This document shows positions 61,427-64,000 of a stretch of 64,000 nt of DNA, in pieces. The notes under the pieces are model-generated. The model saw nothing but the letters and a program-made list of their open reading frames with translations. It made no database searches and was not told where the DNA came from. The DNA comes from Sedimentisphaeraceae bacterium JB056 (GTDB lineage Bacteria; Planctomycetota; Phycisphaerae; Sedimentisphaerales; Sedimentisphaeraceae). Position numbers and translations under genes: made by a program. The stretch covers positions 64,001 to 128,000 of the forward strand of contig JBITAJ010000008.1 of the NCBI GenBank assembly GCA_044440125.1. The letters run 5' to 3'. Within the stretch, counting starts at the first letter, position 1; each line of letters begins with the position of its first letter.

Positions 61427-63727
61427 TCATTTGCTCAATGGATTTACAATAACTTCTTCTGCCTCATTGTCTAAAAACATCTGCTCATAGCCCGGAATTG
61501 CGACTTTAATGTCAGGTTTTTGGTCTGACCAATCTCCACTGCACTTAGCCAAAATATTTTTATCGCCGCATTCAAACTCAATATTTACATCGCCCCATAA
61601 AGTTGGAGCTGGCCCTATTGATATTATATTTCCAGCCTTAATCCAATCGACAGCTATTCCTGCACCAATAACAAGAATGCCATCCTTTTCCTCTTCATAC
61701 AAAAGACAATTCCTGATATAATTAACCCATTCAGCAGCGGCCCATATGTGCTGACCGTCTCCCATGCACCCTCCCTCTGTTCTTGGGTGCACAGCCTCAG
61801 GCCACTGACCTGTAGCAGAAGCAAGACGGCATAAATTATCAGCCATTTCTATATGTCTCATATCACCTGCCCGCAACAAAACCTGTGCAATGTGCAGAGT
61901 CAGGTACGGATTAATTCCTGAGTGCGATATGTCAAGGAAAAAACCTTTCTTGAAACAACAATCATTGATCAAATAGTTAGCGGTAGCAATCAATTTTTTA
62001 TCATCTGAATCATAAATCTGAAGAGGATATCCACTGACCAAGGAGCCTACTGCTCCTGAATCCATTCTGCGATATGGCGAAACAGGAATTGAATCTCTCT
62101 TGAGTATTTCTGCAACTTTTTTCAGACTTACATCAATAGAATGTCGAAGCTCTTGTGATTTTTGAGAATACTTCTTTGCCTGCTCTTCCCTGTTTAGGCA
62201 AGAGGAGATTTCTGCAGCGCACTCAAGACCTGAAACTGCCCAGAAGTCATCCCAGTAATAATTGTCGTTTGGACCAAAATGCTCAGCACTGAACCCCGCA
62301 GGAAGCAAACCGGCATGCCTCGATTCTGATTGAGTACTTGTACAATGTTCGCATATCCAATCAGCAGCTTTTTCAATCGATCTTATCCAGTCCGGATCAA
62401 TGTGGTCATTTTTATTTCGCATCATTTTCCAATATCGATAAAGAATCCATATTGCCTGACCATTAGAGTCCCACTCACCATACTGTGACTGAAAATACCC
62501 ATTTGATTTCTGTCTGTGATGATAAGAATCCAAAACAGGCTTGGCCAGCTCTCTTAAGTTACCATATAATAACGAATTCAAAATAAATGAAGCATCTCTG
62601 AACCAGAAGCGTTTATATGTAAATGGACCCGGATAAACATCAGCACCAATAGTATGCAGCACAACGCTCCTCAAAGCCTGCTCATAAATAAGCTGCTTCT
62701 TCTTGTCAGGCAAATTGATTCTACAATAATTACTCATTACCGCCGGCCAGTCAGACGCAATATTCTCTTTAGAACGCCCGCTGGATTTACTCTTGTATAT
62801 ACGCAACTTATGAGTATCAAGAGGTATTGAAAGCTTTACATCCGTCGTTTTGCCACTGGAGATTGGAAAGACTATTGCTGCAGTTGCCATACCAACATCA
62901 CAAGTCATTTCGTGAACATTTTCTTCGCTAAAGAGATGATTTGCAACATCACCTTCTGAATATTTTTTAATTACGTGAAAATATTCAGCAACCGGCTCAA
63001 ACTCAACTACATCCTTATCATTAACGATCCATCTACTGCAGGTTTTGTCAAGCTCAATTCTGTGAATAAAACTGATGCCTTCAGGATTGTACGGCCTTAA
63101 AGCTATAGCCAACCAACCCTCTGTTTCCGTCTTTGCGCGTAACTGAACTTTACAGCACGGAATCTCATCATGATATTCAACTTCAATCTTTGACAATAAC
63201 CTGCCACTGCCAAAATTATTTCGGGTTACAACAAAAAGATTATCCTGATAAAACAATCGCTGGCCTATCTTACCATCACTTCTGGCTGCCACATTCAGCT
63301 TTTTATCCTCCCCTACCAACCAAAAATCAAGCGACCAGCCGTTCCAATGAGGTGTTAGGAGACCTGCCTTGTCTACTATAGGCAGATAACCGGAATTCGG
63401 CAAGCCAACTGCAGTCCAATTTCGTTCCGTAAGATTAATGTACGTCAAAGAAAACGCCCTTGGGATAAAAGAGTTGTCATGAGGGTTAAACTGCCTGTGA
63501 ACCCAATAAGGCCACACCCAGTCAGAATTCTGCGGAATTGCACTACTGTTTATCAGGCCTCTTGCATGAAATACAGCACTATCCCGGATCAGTTCTATTG
63601 GCCCGGCAACTTCAGAGGGCTGAGAAAAGCGTTGCAGATAAGACCACACGACCAGAGGGTCAAGAAAACCATGACGACGTGCAGCTCGACTTATTAAAAA
63701 TTTCCACGGTAACCATTTAAGCCACAT
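61427..63727 (-). CDS. Putative (alpha/alpha)6-barrel glycoside hydrolase (GH15/GH63-like fold)
   Basis: YKRFWFRDA, GEWDSNGQ, AEH, YYWDDFWA, GQWPEA, HIWAAAE motifs; first gene of a tight operon. Confidence 0.7.
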   Translation of the reverse strand: MWLKWLPWKFLISRAARRHGFLDPLVVWSYLQRFSQPSEVAGPIELIRDSAVFHARGLINSSAIPQNSDWVWPYWVHRQFNPHDNSFIPRAFSLTYINLTERNWTAVGLPNSGYLPIVDKAGLLTPHWNGWSLDFWLVGEDKKLNVAARSDGKIGQRLFYQDNLFVVTRNNFGSGRLLSKIEVEYHDEIPCCKVQLRAKTETEGWLAIALRPYNPEGISFIHRIELDKTCSRWIVNDKDVVEFEPVAEYFHVIKKYSEGDVANHLFSEENVHEMTCDVGMATAAIVFPISSGKTTDVKLSIPLDTHKLRIYKSKSSGRSKENIASDWPAVMSNYCRINLPDKKKQLIYEQALRSVVLHTIGADVYPGPFTYKRFWFRDASFILNSLLYGNLRELAKPVLDSYHHRQKSNGYFQSQYGEWDSNGQAIWILYRYWKMMRNKNDHIDPDWIRSIEKAADWICEHCTSTQSESRHAGLLPAGFSAEHFGPNDNYYWDDFWAVSGLECAAEISSCLNREEQAKKYSQKSQELRHSIDVSLKKVAEILKRDSIPVSPYRRMDSGAVGSLVSGYPLQIYDSDDKKLIATANYLINDCCFKKGFFLDISHSGINPYLTLHIAQVLLRAGDMRHIEMADNLCRLASATGQWPEAVHPRTEGGCMGDGQHIWAAAEWVNYIRNCLLYEEEKDGILVIGAGIAVDWIKAGNIISIGPAPTLWGDVNIEFECGDKNILAKCSGDWSDQKPDIKVAIPGYEQMFLDNEAEEVIVNPLSK

Positions 63728-64000
63728 AATACCTTCTTTTACTTAATTGTTAACAAATAATAGTTCATGGTACACTAAATGGATTACTTACGAAATAAGG
63801 AGTTTTCTTATTTCAAGTAATGATTTTACTTATAAGGCAATATGCAAAAGTACCAAACATCAGATTCATTACATTTTTTTACTGCAAAGGTATATGAAAT
63901 CTCGGAATATCGACTTAAATCCAATATTGTATTTTTATATCAAGTATGAAGTTGCATTAAATCTTTTTTTATCTTAAAATATGGCAGTAGTCTTATGACA

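Noticed and set aside
1..64000. CRISPR arrays, IS elements, prophage or tRNA-anchored islands
   Set aside because: No regularly spaced repeats, transposase/integrase ORFs or duplicated tRNA 3' ends seen; each tRNA is followed directly by a terminator

Overview
Gene-dense bacterial chromosome segment, mostly housekeeping, with no CRISPR array, transposase, integrase or rRNA visible. Inference: the gene set (dockerin-tailed secreted protein, Zn-ribbon SpoVG, membrane-anchored GspE-type ATPase, LpxI/LpxD, URO-D/MtaA-family protein) best fits an anaerobic planctomycete (Phycisphaerae, Sedimentisphaerales-like). Core content: rnhB-like/ispH/rpsA, a complete trpEGDCFBA operon, lnt, uvrA, mreBCD, ruvCA, rhaA, a phosphomannomutase, ispE-spoVG, sulP, lpxD-lpxI, purQ, gap, uppS, purA and three tRNAs (Pro-GGG, Leu-TAA, Pro-TGG). 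The best signals are absent from the ORF track. (1) A Trp-Trp-Trp leader peptide precedes an attenuator with TWO tandem intrinsic terminators that appear linked by a 6-segment pairing relay. (2) A GC-rich structured leader (riboswitch candidate) lies before sulP. (3) Two unannotated small genes encode a 26-aa very basic peptide and a 49-aa membrane protein. (4) A consensus sigma-54 promoter with candidate enhancer sites precedes hsp20. Two accessory loci stand out: a secreted HEAT-repeat + Zn-phospholipase C/S1-P1-like + Ig-like protein, and a glycoside hydrolase - GT4 - double-phosphoesterase operon facing a DedA/TVP38 gene. All RNA structures were paired by eye; no folding or database search was run.
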